Source: Alphaproteobacteria bacterium
GTDB lineage: Bacteria; Pseudomonadota; Alphaproteobacteria; RF32; CAG-239
Direction of reading: 5' to 3'
Length of the DNA: 64,000 nt
Assembly: GCA_017501665.1 (NCBI GenBank)
Contig: JAFVWM010000038.1
Coordinates: forward strand, 3,100 to 67,099
A program made the position numbers and the translations under genes. The notes under the pieces are model-generated. The model worked only from the letters and a program-made list of their open reading frames with translations. It was not told the origin of the DNA and did not search any database. Shown here piece by piece: positions 47,302 through 55,609 of this stretch; the stretch's first letter is position 1, and every line of letters begins with the position of its first letter.

Positions 47302-47429
47302 AAACTCGTCTAACAGCGCATCTAAGAGCCAAAATATGCGAATATTCGGCTCGGTCATGTACTTCTTTGTACACTCACTCGCCGAATTTCTTATTTTGAC
47401 TTTATCTGCACTGTTATCCAAGTTTTTTT
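47299..47429. repeat. ~130-bp imperfect palindromic element (RPE/ERIC-like MITE), copy after rplY
   Basis: Long stem AAAAACT..TAACAGCGCA..TTCGGC-TCGGTCA-TGTAC-loop-GTACA-CTCACTC-GCCGAA..TGCACTGTTA..AGTTTTT; starts at the TA of the stop codon. Confidence 0.8.
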
Positions 47430-47439
47430 GATAAAATAT

Positions 47440-47479
47440 GAGAGCGGTTGGAGTAAAAATTACTTTAGCCGCTTTTTTT
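47440..47479 (+). terminator. Terminator-like hairpin between rplY and pth
   Basis: AGCGGTTGGAGTAA..TTACTTTAGCCGCTTTTTTT. Confidence 0.65.
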
Positions 47480-47497
47480 GATAAAAAAAGGAAAAAA

Positions 47498-48070
47498 ATG
47501 TTTTTAATCGTCGGTCTTGGTAATCCCGGAAAAGAATATGAAAATACTCGTCATAATGTTGGTTTTATGACTGTTGATGCTTTGGCCGGCGAATACGGGT
47601 TTGCTCCGTTTAAGTCTAAGTTTGATGGTGTTATTGCCGAAGGTAAAATAGAAGGCGAAAAGGTTTATATCTTAAAACCTCATACCTATATGAATTTATC
47701 CGGAAATTCGGTAGTAAAAGCAGCTAATTTTTATAAGATATTGCCTGAAAATATAATAGTTATTCATGATGATATGGATTTGCCGGTCGGAAAAATAAAA
47801 GCAAAACTCGGCGGTGGTGCCGGCGGGCATAATGGGTTAAAGTCTATTGATGCGACTATTACACCTAATTATAATCGCATTAGAATCGGAGTTGGACATG
47901 CTAAAGAAAAAGGTGCTGAAGTAATAAATTATGTATTGTCCGGTTTTGGTAAAGAAGATAAAAATAAGCTTAATGAAGTAATTGAAACGGTGGCTAAGAC
48001 AATAGGAATCTTGATAAAAAAAGGAGTGGCTGAGTATTCGAATCAGTTGGGAATGATCAGTCGAAAATAA
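47498..48070 (+). CDS. pth: Peptidyl-tRNA hydrolase
   Basis: LIVGLGNPG..TRHNVGF, KPHTYMNLSG, HDDMD, GGHNGLKS. ATG at 47498 follows AAGGA. Confidence 0.96.
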   Translation: MFLIVGLGNPGKEYENTRHNVGFMTVDALAGEYGFAPFKSKFDGVIAEGKIEGEKVYILKPHTYMNLSGNSVVKAANFYKILPENIIVIHDDMDLPVGKIKAKLGGGAGGHNGLKSIDATITPNYNRIRIGVGHAKEKGAEVINYVLSGFGKEDKNKLNEVIETVAKTIGILIKKGVAEYSNQLGMISRK

Positions 48071-48113
48071 TAAGTTTAATGAAATAATTATTAACATTAA
48101 CAATTTAGATATT

Positions 48114-48593
48114 ATGAAAAAGTTTTTTGAAATGGTTGCCTCTATGATAGGATTGTATGAGGCAATGCTGAAAAAAGAAGAAAGATTAGTTAAAGAGGTT
48201 TTGGCAAACTTGGATAAAAGTGATCCTAAAAAAAGACCTGTAAACGTTTGGGATAGAAAATTTTGGGAACTTGTGCCAATTTTGTATAAATATGAAGAGG
48301 CATTGGATTTCTTGGATACCTACGGCCATGTTTGTAACACATATTTTAAGGTGTTGTCTTTCAGTGATGCCCAAAATGTTGTTTTTCAGCTAAGCCTGTG
48401 CGAAGTTTATGAAAGTTCTTTAAGCGCTGAAAAACGTTGTCGTTATCCTAATCTTTTGCATGCTTTTTTGCAACAATGGGATTTTTGTGACGAGGTTAAA
48501 AAAACGATAAAAAACGATCCGGACAAAGATCCTGTTGTGCGTTTTTATAATGCCCATGTTAATCTTTGGGCTAAAGATAGAAAATTGCTTTAA
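48114..48593 (+). CDS. Hypothetical protein (no recognised family) between pth and ychF
   Basis: 159-aa ORF with its own terminator hairpin at 48606-48644. Confidence 0.6.
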   Translation: MKKFFEMVASMIGLYEAMLKKEERLVKEVLANLDKSDPKKRPVNVWDRKFWELVPILYKYEEALDFLDTYGHVCNTYFKVLSFSDAQNVVFQLSLCEVYESSLSAEKRCRYPNLLHAFLQQWDFCDEVKKTIKNDPDKDPVVRFYNAHVNLWAKDRKLL

Positions 48594-48716
48594 CTTTATT
48601 ACTATACCGTTATTTCTTTTTCCAAAAGAAATAACGGTTTTTTTGTTTGAAAAATCAATATTTATCAGCTATAAGAAGAAGAATTTTGAAAACAAAGAAA
48701 ATTTTGGAGATTTTTT

Positions 48717-49826
48717 ATGGGATTTAATTGTGGAATTGTCGGATTGCCAAATGTGGGAAAATCAACGTTGTTTAATGCGTTAACTCAAACGATTGCAGCT
48801 CAGGCGGCAAATTTTCCTTTTTGTACGATAGAGCCAAACACCGGTCGTGTAGCAGTACCTGACAAAAGATTAGATAAATTGGTCGAAATGGTTAATCCGA
48901 AATCAGTGGTGCCGACACAGTTAGAATTTGTTGATATTGCCGGTCTTGTTAAAGGAGCTTCTAAGGGTGAAGGACTTGGAAATCAATTTTTAGCTAATAT
49001 TAGAGAAGTTGATGCAATCGTTCATGTGTTGCGTTGTTTTGAAGATGAAAATATTACCCATGTGGAAGGTTCGGTTGACCCGATAAGAGACGCGGAAATT
49101 GTGGAAACCGAATTGATGATTGCCGATTTGGAATCGTTAGAAAAAAGATTTGATCAGGCACAAAAAAAAGCCAAAGGCGGAGATAAGGAATCGATATTAA
49201 ATGTCAGTGTCATGGGGCCTGTTATTGAAGCATTAAAAGCCGGTAAGCCTGCCAGAACAGCGGCTCCTGATGAGGCTAATAAAGATGCTTGCAAGGCTTA
49301 TAGAATGTTGCAACTTTTGACTTCTAAGCCGGTTTTATATGTTTGTAACGTTGATGAAAATTCAGCTTCTGAAGGTAATGAGTTTTCGAAACAAGTTTTT
49401 GAAAAAGCTCGCCAAGAAAATGCTCGTGCCGTTATTATCTCTGCAGCCATAGAATCGGAAGTTGCGCAACTTGATAATGAAGATGAAAAACAAGAGTTTT
49501 TGGCAACACTAGGCTTGGAAGAAACAGGTTTGGCTAAAATTATTCGTGAAGGATACGAACTTTTGGGATTACAAACTTATTTTACGGCCGGACCTAAAGA
49601 GGTGAGAGCATGGACTTTTGTAAAAGGTTCGAAAGCACCTGCTTGTGCCGGAATAATTCACTCTGATTTTGAGCGAGGATTCATTCGCGCCGAAACAATA
49701 GCCTATGATGATTATGTAAAGTTTGGTGGGGAGCAAGGTGCTAAAGAGGCAGGCAAGATGCGTTCCGAAGGCAAGGATTATGTTGTTCGTGATGGGGATC
49801 TTTTAAACTTTCTTTTTAATATGTAA
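48717..49826 (+). CDS. ychF: Redox-regulated ATPase YchF
   Basis: GIVGLPNVGKST, NFPFCTIEPN, DIAGLVKGASKGEGLGNQFL, TGS domain. Confidence 0.97.
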   Translation: MGFNCGIVGLPNVGKSTLFNALTQTIAAQAANFPFCTIEPNTGRVAVPDKRLDKLVEMVNPKSVVPTQLEFVDIAGLVKGASKGEGLGNQFLANIREVDAIVHVLRCFEDENITHVEGSVDPIRDAEIVETELMIADLESLEKRFDQAQKKAKGGDKESILNVSVMGPVIEALKAGKPARTAAPDEANKDACKAYRMLQLLTSKPVLYVCNVDENSASEGNEFSKQVFEKARQENARAVIISAAIESEVAQLDNEDEKQEFLATLGLEETGLAKIIREGYELLGLQTYFTAGPKEVRAWTFVKGSKAPACAGIIHSDFERGFIRAETIAYDDYVKFGGEQGAKEAGKMRSEGKDYVVRDGDLLNFLFNM

Positions 49827-49886
49827 AAAAGTGGCTACTTGCAAAAAAACTACGCTGATTGAAATATAATAAATAAGGATGTAAAA

Positions 49887-50360
49887 ATGCGATTAGTTTT
49901 ATTTCAACCTGATATTGCACAAAACACCGGTACGATGATGAGACTTTGCGCTTGTGTTGATTTGGGAATCGACATTATAGAGCCTTGTGGTTTTATTTTT
50001 AATGATAAAGCTATGCGTCGTGCCGGTATGGACTATCTTGATATGGTCAAATACCGTCGACATTCTTCGTGGGATGATTTTTTGGAATATCGAAAAGAAC
50101 ACGTTGATGAATATGGACGAATCGTCTTAATGACCACAAAAGCGTCTGTTCCGTATACTGATTTTGAATTTAAAGAAAATGATATAATCCTTATGGGAAG
50201 AGAATCGGCAGGAGTTCCCGAAGAAGTTCATAAAATTGCGGATGCCAGAATAATTATTCCGATGAATGAAAAAGCTCGCTCGATTAATGTGGCTGTATCA
50301 GCGACTATGGTTGTTGGTGAAGCTTTGCGTCAGTGTAAATTGTTTCCTGAATTAAAATGA
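49887..50360 (+). CDS. trmL: tRNA (cytidine/uridine34-2'-O)-methyltransferase
   Basis: FQPDIAQNTG, RRAGMDY, GRESAGVP, RSINVA. Confidence 0.93.
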   Translation: MRLVLFQPDIAQNTGTMMRLCACVDLGIDIIEPCGFIFNDKAMRRAGMDYLDMVKYRRHSSWDDFLEYRKEHVDEYGRIVLMTTKASVPYTDFEFKENDIILMGRESAGVPEEVHKIADARIIIPMNEKARSINVAVSATMVVGEALRQCKLFPELK

Positions 50361-50585
50361 ATTTTATAGACGAATGATTAGGCTTTAATTTTGCATAGTT
50401 AGTCATTATTTTATGGGGTAGAAACTTATTTTTGTTTTCGAAAAATGCTTTTGTAATAACTTTATTAACTTTTTTATTATATAAGTAGTTTTTGTTATTG
50501 AAAATTAAGTTTTTATTGCATAAGGTAAAACTGTATTAGTTGTTTTATGCAACTACAATTAAAAAACCATATGGAGAATATTAAA

Positions 50586-51044
50586 ATGAAAAAGCTTTTA
50601 AGTGTATTCTGTGCTGTTATAGCTTTGTCTGCTTGTTCTACAATGAGCGAAAGCTCTTTGTTTGGCGGTAGCGAGTGCGAATCAAAAATGGCTCGTGATT
50701 TTATGGCTAATGCCGATGATAGAGTTTTCTTTGCATATGACAGTTCTGCAATTTCTGCAAAATCTGCCAATGTTTTGAATACTCAAGTCAAATGGTTGAA
50801 AAAGCACAATGAAGTTAATGTTGTTGTTCAAGGTTACTGCGACGAAAGAGGTACCAGAGAATACAACTTGGCTTTGGGTGAAAGACGTGCTAATGCCGTT
50901 AAACAATACTTAGTATCTAAAGGTATCAATGCCAATAGAATCTCTACAATTTCTTATGGTAAAGAAAGACCGGCCGTTTTAGGTAACAATGAAACAGCTT
51001 GGGCTCAAAACCGTCGTGCTGTAACTGTTGTTGCAGGCAACTAA
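50586..51044 (+). CDS. pal: Peptidoglycan-associated lipoprotein
   Basis: Lipobox LSAC; DERGTREYNLALGERRA, ISYGKERP, NRRA. Confidence 0.95.
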   Translation: MKKLLSVFCAVIALSACSTMSESSLFGGSECESKMARDFMANADDRVFFAYDSSAISAKSANVLNTQVKWLKKHNEVNVVVQGYCDERGTREYNLALGERRANAVKQYLVSKGINANRISTISYGKERPAVLGNNETAWAQNRRAVTVVAGN

Positions 51045-51074
51045 TCTTTCATATAAGAAAGTTTCACATTACTT

Positions 51075-51117
51075 AAATTGCTCTTAAATCCTTTGTGTTT
51101 TTGAGAGCAATTTTTTT
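51075..51117 (+). terminator. Intrinsic terminator after pal
   Basis: AAATTGCTCTT..GAGAGCAATTTTTTT. Confidence 0.65.
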
Positions 51118-51188
51118 GTGCTTGAGATTTGAACAGTTTTGTTTTAGATTAACGTATATAAAAATTAACTATTAAAGATGAGGTTTAA

Positions 51189-52019
51189 ATGAAAAAAACA
51201 TTGTTGTTAGCGGTTGGTCTTGGCTTTTTTATTTCATTTGAGGCAAAAGCTGTTTCGGATAATGCGTTGCAACGTCAAATAGACCAGATAAGAGAAGACT
51301 TAAAAGTGTTACAACGAAAACAAGCCAGAGATGGTGCCGAAAATAATGATGTATTTCAACTTAGTCAAATGGATGAGGTCTTGCGTCAGACTGTCGGTCG
51401 TATGGATATGATTGAGCATCAATTAAAAACGTTGGAAGATAAAATTAATATGATTAACAAAGATATTGATGTTCGCTTAAAAATGATTGAAGGTAAACCT
51501 ATTGAGGGTGGAGCAATGAGTAAGCAAATAACGTCAAAAAAATTTGATGCTCCTGTGGCGGTGGGCGCACCCTCGTCTGTTGTAGGGGCTTCTATTTCTA
51601 AAGGAGAAAAGTTACCTGATATAAAAGCAAAATCTCCGGAAGAGGTTTATCAGGAAGGATTAGATGCTATAAATGCAGGTAAAGATGAAGAAGCTACCGA
51701 TAAGTTTACCATGTTTTTAACAAAGTTTCCTAAACATAAATTAGCCGGTAATGCGCAATATTGGCTCGGCGAATCATATTATGGTCGAAAAGATTATGCC
51801 AAAGCAGCGGTTGCTTTTGCTAAGGGGTATGAGAAATATAAAGAAGGAAATAAAGGAGCTGATAACATCTTAAAGCTAGGTATGGCAATGCAAATGCTAA
51901 ATAAAAAAGATGAGGCTTGCACTGCTTTTGTTAATTTGGAAAAAGAATTTCCGAAGGCTCCCCAAAATTTAAAAGAAAGAGCTAGGAGAAAAGCAGAGGA
52001 ATTGGCTTGTCCAAAATAA
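51189..52019 (+). CDS. cpoB: Cell division coordinator CpoB/YbgF
   Basis: Signal peptide, coiled coil and TPR (AGNAQYWLGESYY); follows pal. Confidence 0.92.
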   Translation: MKKTLLLAVGLGFFISFEAKAVSDNALQRQIDQIREDLKVLQRKQARDGAENNDVFQLSQMDEVLRQTVGRMDMIEHQLKTLEDKINMINKDIDVRLKMIEGKPIEGGAMSKQITSKKFDAPVAVGAPSSVVGASISKGEKLPDIKAKSPEEVYQEGLDAINAGKDEEATDKFTMFLTKFPKHKLAGNAQYWLGESYYGRKDYAKAAVAFAKGYEKYKEGNKGADNILKLGMAMQMLNKKDEACTAFVNLEKEFPKAPQNLKERARRKAEELACPK

Positions 52020-52025
52020 CAGATT

Positions 52026-53081
52026 ATGGATTTTTTTAAAACACACAACATTAGTGATAATATTATAGCTGTCGGAGTTTCCGGAGGAGCGGATTCTTTG
52101 GCTCTTGCGCTAATGCTAAAAGACAATGGCAAAAAAGTAGTGGCTTTAACGGTTAATCATTGTTTGCGTAAAGAGGCTCAAGCCGAGGCTGAATATGTTG
52201 CAAAAATTATGCAAAAATATGGTATCGAACACCATATTTTGTTGTGGAAAGATGGGGCAAAAATAAAAAAAGGGATTGAAGAAAGCGCAAGACTGGCTCG
52301 GTATGATTTGATGCTTGATTTCTGTAGAAAAAATAAAATCAAGGTGTTGGCAACAGCACATCATATGCGTGATCAGGCAGAAACCTTTTTGTTAAGACTT
52401 CAACGTGGAAGTGGTTTGTTTGGTTTAAGCTCCATGATGCCGGTATCAGAGCGTAATGGAGTCAAGATTATCAGGCCGTTGTTGGATATTATGCCTGAAG
52501 ATCTTAAAAAATATTGCCAAGACAGAAAAATTGAGTGGATTGATGATCCTATGAATTATGATGATGATTTTACAAGAGTTAAAATCAGAAAATTTTTACC
52601 GCAGTTAACCAAAATCGGAATTGATGAAAAAAAATTGGCTGAAACGGCAAAAAATTTGCTAAATTCTCGCTTATTTATACAAAGACTGATTGATGAGTTT
52701 GTTTCTTCGCAAGTCAGATGGTGGGAAGGTGTTTTGGTCAGTCTTAGTTATAATAAATTGAAAGAACTCGACTTTGAAATATCAAAAGGTGTTTTGGGTT
52801 GCTTGTTGCAAAAAATCGGTAATACTGAATATCTTCCGGAAGTATCAGAAATTATGAGGGTTTTGGAAGATAATGATTTTAGGGGTTGTACTTTAGGCAA
52901 ATGTGAGCTATTTATAGCTTCAAAACGGTTGTGGATTATACCCCAAGATGAAAAAAATGAGCTGATGAAAAAAGATGAATGGCTCAAATTTGTTGAAAGT
53001 TTTCCGCAATATAAAAGCTATGGGCTGCCTTATAAAGTACGTCGGGCATTGAAACAAAAGTTGGAAAATAAAAATGGTTAA
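52026..53081 (+). CDS. tilS: tRNA(Ile)-lysidine synthase
   Basis: VGVSGGADS PP-loop, ARLARY, AHHMRDQAET, RPLL, DPMN. Confidence 0.94.
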   Translation: MDFFKTHNISDNIIAVGVSGGADSLALALMLKDNGKKVVALTVNHCLRKEAQAEAEYVAKIMQKYGIEHHILLWKDGAKIKKGIEESARLARYDLMLDFCRKNKIKVLATAHHMRDQAETFLLRLQRGSGLFGLSSMMPVSERNGVKIIRPLLDIMPEDLKKYCQDRKIEWIDDPMNYDDDFTRVKIRKFLPQLTKIGIDEKKLAETAKNLLNSRLFIQRLIDEFVSSQVRWWEGVLVSLSYNKLKELDFEISKGVLGCLLQKIGNTEYLPEVSEIMRVLEDNDFRGCTLGKCELFIASKRLWIIPQDEKNELMKKDEWLKFVESFPQYKSYGLPYKVRRALKQKLENKNG

Positions 53082-53550
53082 AGATAAACATAAATCAGAG
53101 TTTATATCAAAAGGTTTGGTGGCGCAAAATCGTCGAGCAAATTTTGATTATCTGATAGAAGAAAAGTATGTTGCCGGTCTGGAACTTTTGGGTACAGAGG
53201 TAAAGTCTTTGCGTTTGGGACACGCTAATATCAATGATGCTTATGGCGTAGAAAAAAATGGTGAACTGTTTATCTCAAATATGTTTATTGCTGAATATAC
53301 CTACAAAGGATATGTTTCTCATGTAGAAAAACGTGAGCGAAAACTTCTTTTGAAGAAAAAAGAAATTATTGATATTATCAACTCTCTGTCACGCAAAGGA
53401 TGTTCTCTTGTTGCAATCCGTTTGTTCTTTGATAATAACGGCAGAGCAAAATTAGAGGTTGGTTTAGGCAAGGGAAAGAAACTTTATGATAAAAGGGATA
53501 GTATTAAGAATCGGGAACTGGATAGAAAAATTCGTCTAAAGGATTTCTAA
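53074..53550 (+). CDS. smpB: SsrA-binding protein
   Basis: QNRRANFDY, AGLELLGTEVKSLR, RKLLL, GKGKKLYDKR. Confidence 0.96.
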   Translation: MVKDKHKSEFISKGLVAQNRRANFDYLIEEKYVAGLELLGTEVKSLRLGHANINDAYGVEKNGELFISNMFIAEYTYKGYVSHVEKRERKLLLKKKEIIDIINSLSRKGCSLVAIRLFFDNNGRAKLEVGLGKGKKLYDKRDSIKNRELDRKIRLKDF

Positions 53551-53842
53551 TACAGATTTGTAAGAATATTTTGTTCGGTCATGTAGTTTTATCTACACTC
53601 ACTCACAAAAATTCTTAAATCTTATTATAAATCTCTTTATCCGAATTTTTCTTAGAAAATGAGTCTAAAGGATTTCTAATACAGATTTGTAAGAATATTT
53701 TGTTCGGTCATGTAGTTTTATCTACACTCACTCACAAAAATTCTTAAATCTTATTATAAATCTCTTTATCCGATTTTTTCTTAGAAAAATTCGTCTAAAG
53801 GATTTCTAAAGCTATTTTCGATAGGTTCGAAAAATTCATGTA
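53523..53842. repeat. Tandem array of the ~130-bp palindromic element: two near-identical copies (53523-53652, 53653-53781) plus a degenerate third
   Basis: Direct repeat with period 129-130 bp; each unit has terminal inverted repeats AGAAAAATTCG...CGAATTTTTCT and the TCGGTCA-TGTAG..CTACA-CTCACTC core. Confidence 0.92.
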
Positions 53843-53851
53843 GGCATTAAA

Positions 53852-54310
53852 ATGAAGGAACGTGTAAAAAATTTATCTATTTCAGAACAGCGAAAAAAAG
53901 TCGCATTTCGAAAGATATTGCGAGACAATGAATTATCTCCTGTAAACGGAGTAGTGTATATTATTTTTGCTTTTTTATTAGGGGCTATCGGTGTACACAA
54001 TTTTTATGCAAAATTTTGGAAAAGAGGAATTGTTCAACTTTTGATGACGATATCTGCACCTTTTTTGCTGTTTTTTCCTCTTATTTTTACGTCTATGTGG
54101 GCAGAGGCGGAATTATTGTTTCAAAATCGTGACAGAAACGGTAGACTTTTTAAGGGAAGCAGAAGAATTATTTGGTTGTTGAGATTAATATCTATAGTTT
54201 TACTTGTTTGGGGGCTAATGTCCGTAAAAACTATTGATATTGACGCTCTGTTACAGCTAAGTGATGAAGTTAAAAATCAGGAAATTATAGCTCATATTGA
54301 AGAATTTTAA
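53852..54310 (+). CDS. TM2 domain-containing membrane protein
   Basis: YIIFAFLLGAIGVHNFY..GIVQLL. Confidence 0.8.
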   Translation: MKERVKNLSISEQRKKVAFRKILRDNELSPVNGVVYIIFAFLLGAIGVHNFYAKFWKRGIVQLLMTISAPFLLFFPLIFTSMWAEAELLFQNRDRNGRLFKGSRRIIWLLRLISIVLLVWGLMSVKTIDIDALLQLSDEVKNQEIIAHIEEF

Positions 54311-54369
54311 AAAAAATAAAAAAAGTACTTGCAAAATAAAAAATATATGATATTTATTCTTTCACCGAT

Positions 54370-54444
54370 GCGGGCGTAGCTCAGGGGTAGAGCGCAACCT
54401 TGCCAAGGTTGATGTCGTGGGTTCGAATCCCATCACCCGCTCCA
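54370..54444 (+). tRNA. tRNA-Gly(GCC)
   Basis: GCGGGCGTAGCTCAGGGGTAGAGCGCAACCTTGCCAAGGTTGATGTCGTGGGTTCGAATCCCATCACCCGCTCCA. Confidence 0.97.
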
Positions 54445-54723
54445 ATTTTAACTCTCCTTTTTAGGAGAGTTTTTTTTATGGGTGATGGTCTTCTTCGAAT
54501 CCCATTCTAGCTTCGTAGGTTTCGCATTGTAAAAAATGCTCAACAACTCCGCTTCGGTCACTTGTTTTGTATAGAAGTTTTATCGCCGTTTTATACCGGC
54601 TCAAAACTTTAACAAAACTACGCCTTCTGCACCAAAATTAACCGGAGCAGCGGTTAATTTGTGGTTTGAAGCCCGCTCCAATTTTAACTCTCCTTTTTAG
54701 GAGAGTTTTTTTTATGGGTGATG
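54436..54723 (+). repeat. tRNA-Gly-linked 52-bp direct repeat (tRNA 3' end + terminator) flanking a 184-bp structured insert
   Basis: CCCGCTCCAATTTTAACTCTCCTTTTTAGGAGAGTTTTTTTTATGGGTGATG is identical at 54436-54487 and 54672-54723. Confidence 0.92.
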
Positions 54724-54747
54724 AAATTATTTTAATTTTTAACACAT

Positions 54748-54777
54748 AAAAAAAGAGTAACCTGTGAGGGTTACTCT
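54748..54777 (-). terminator. Minus-strand intrinsic terminator
   Basis: AAAAAAAGAGTAACC-TGTGAG-GGTTACTCT, giving a hairpin plus T run on the minus strand. Confidence 0.65.
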
Positions 54778-54807
54778 AAGGTATCATAACTTGAGCAAAT
54801 AAGAAAT

Positions 54808-55320
54808 GTCATTCCTCGCTCGGCGCTTTTGCGTCCGTGCGTCAAGGAATCTAACCTCTGCGCCAGCTACTAATTAAACAAAAACAAGGAAACACCTAAA
54901 TAGTCATCCCTCGATTGCGCTAAGCAATCGTCAAGGGATCTTCCTTGTTTTTGAAAAAATTTGAAGATCGCTAACCTCGTTCGCTAATGCTCACTCAGGC
55001 GATGACACATTGACTTAAAAAGAATCAAGAACCGCGACTTTTTTGTCAGCTTTTTACAAACAGAGAGTCGATTTGTTAGCCGCGAAAGCTTCGCAATAAT
55101 ATGGTAGGCACATCTGTTTGGAAAAAGTGAAACAGACAAAAATCTTAAGCGGGAGTTTTTGGTTACTTTTTACGGATAAAAAGTAACGTAAGAAAAAAGT
55201 TGAAGATGCCTAATCTCGCTCGTTCCTCGCTCAAGGCATGACAGTTTTTGTTTACAGCACTCCGCTAACGCTTCGCTTAGGCGATGCCTCATTATGTCAT
55301 GACTTGAGCGAATGATGACA
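54808..55320. repeat. Cluster 2 of GTCAT...ATCT palindromic REP-like units, interrupted by a structured element at about 55030-55190
   Basis: Units at 54808-54852(+), 54903-54941(+), 54965-55006(-), 55204-55242(-), with degenerate ones at 55257-55288 and 55295-55320. Confidence 0.85.
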
Positions 55321-55324
55321 GTTT

Positions 55325-55609
55325 TTTTATCTAATTGTCTCGCTATCGTTTGTTTTCGAACCACTTTCTCCAGGGTTCTCATCCGGCAATCCTCGTATTT
55401 ACAAAAAAAGCACCACAAGGGTGCTGTTGTTTGTAAATGGCGGATAGACAGGGATTGGCTTCGCCGCAACTTCGCTCATCAGCAAAGCTGAACGCCATAC
55501 TTTCGTCTGGCTTTCGCTTGTTGTCAAACCCTTTTTATCCAGGGTTCAAACCCCAGCTTTCTCGCGTATTTACACCAAAACCACACACAAGGTGGGGTTT
55601 CGTTGTAAA
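55325..55609 (-). repeat. tRNA-Ser-linked repeat (rtT-like): one full 172-bp unit plus a partial second unit
   Basis: The last 19 nt of the tRNA (plus strand tggcggatagacagggatt) recur at 55438-55456. Each copy is followed on the tRNA strand by a TTTACA..TGTAAATACG hairpin and GAACCCTGGA. Confidence 0.88.

Noticed and set aside
48114..48644. Integron gene cassette
   Set aside because: The downstream hairpin is a plain terminator without the RYYYAAC/GTTRRRY attC boxes, and no integron integrase is present.
53523..53809. CRISPR array (a 27-bp sequence occurs three times at regular spacing)
   Set aside because: The intervening ~102-bp segments are nearly identical to each other and too long for spacers, the whole unit is a palindrome with relatives elsewhere in the window, and there are no cas genes.
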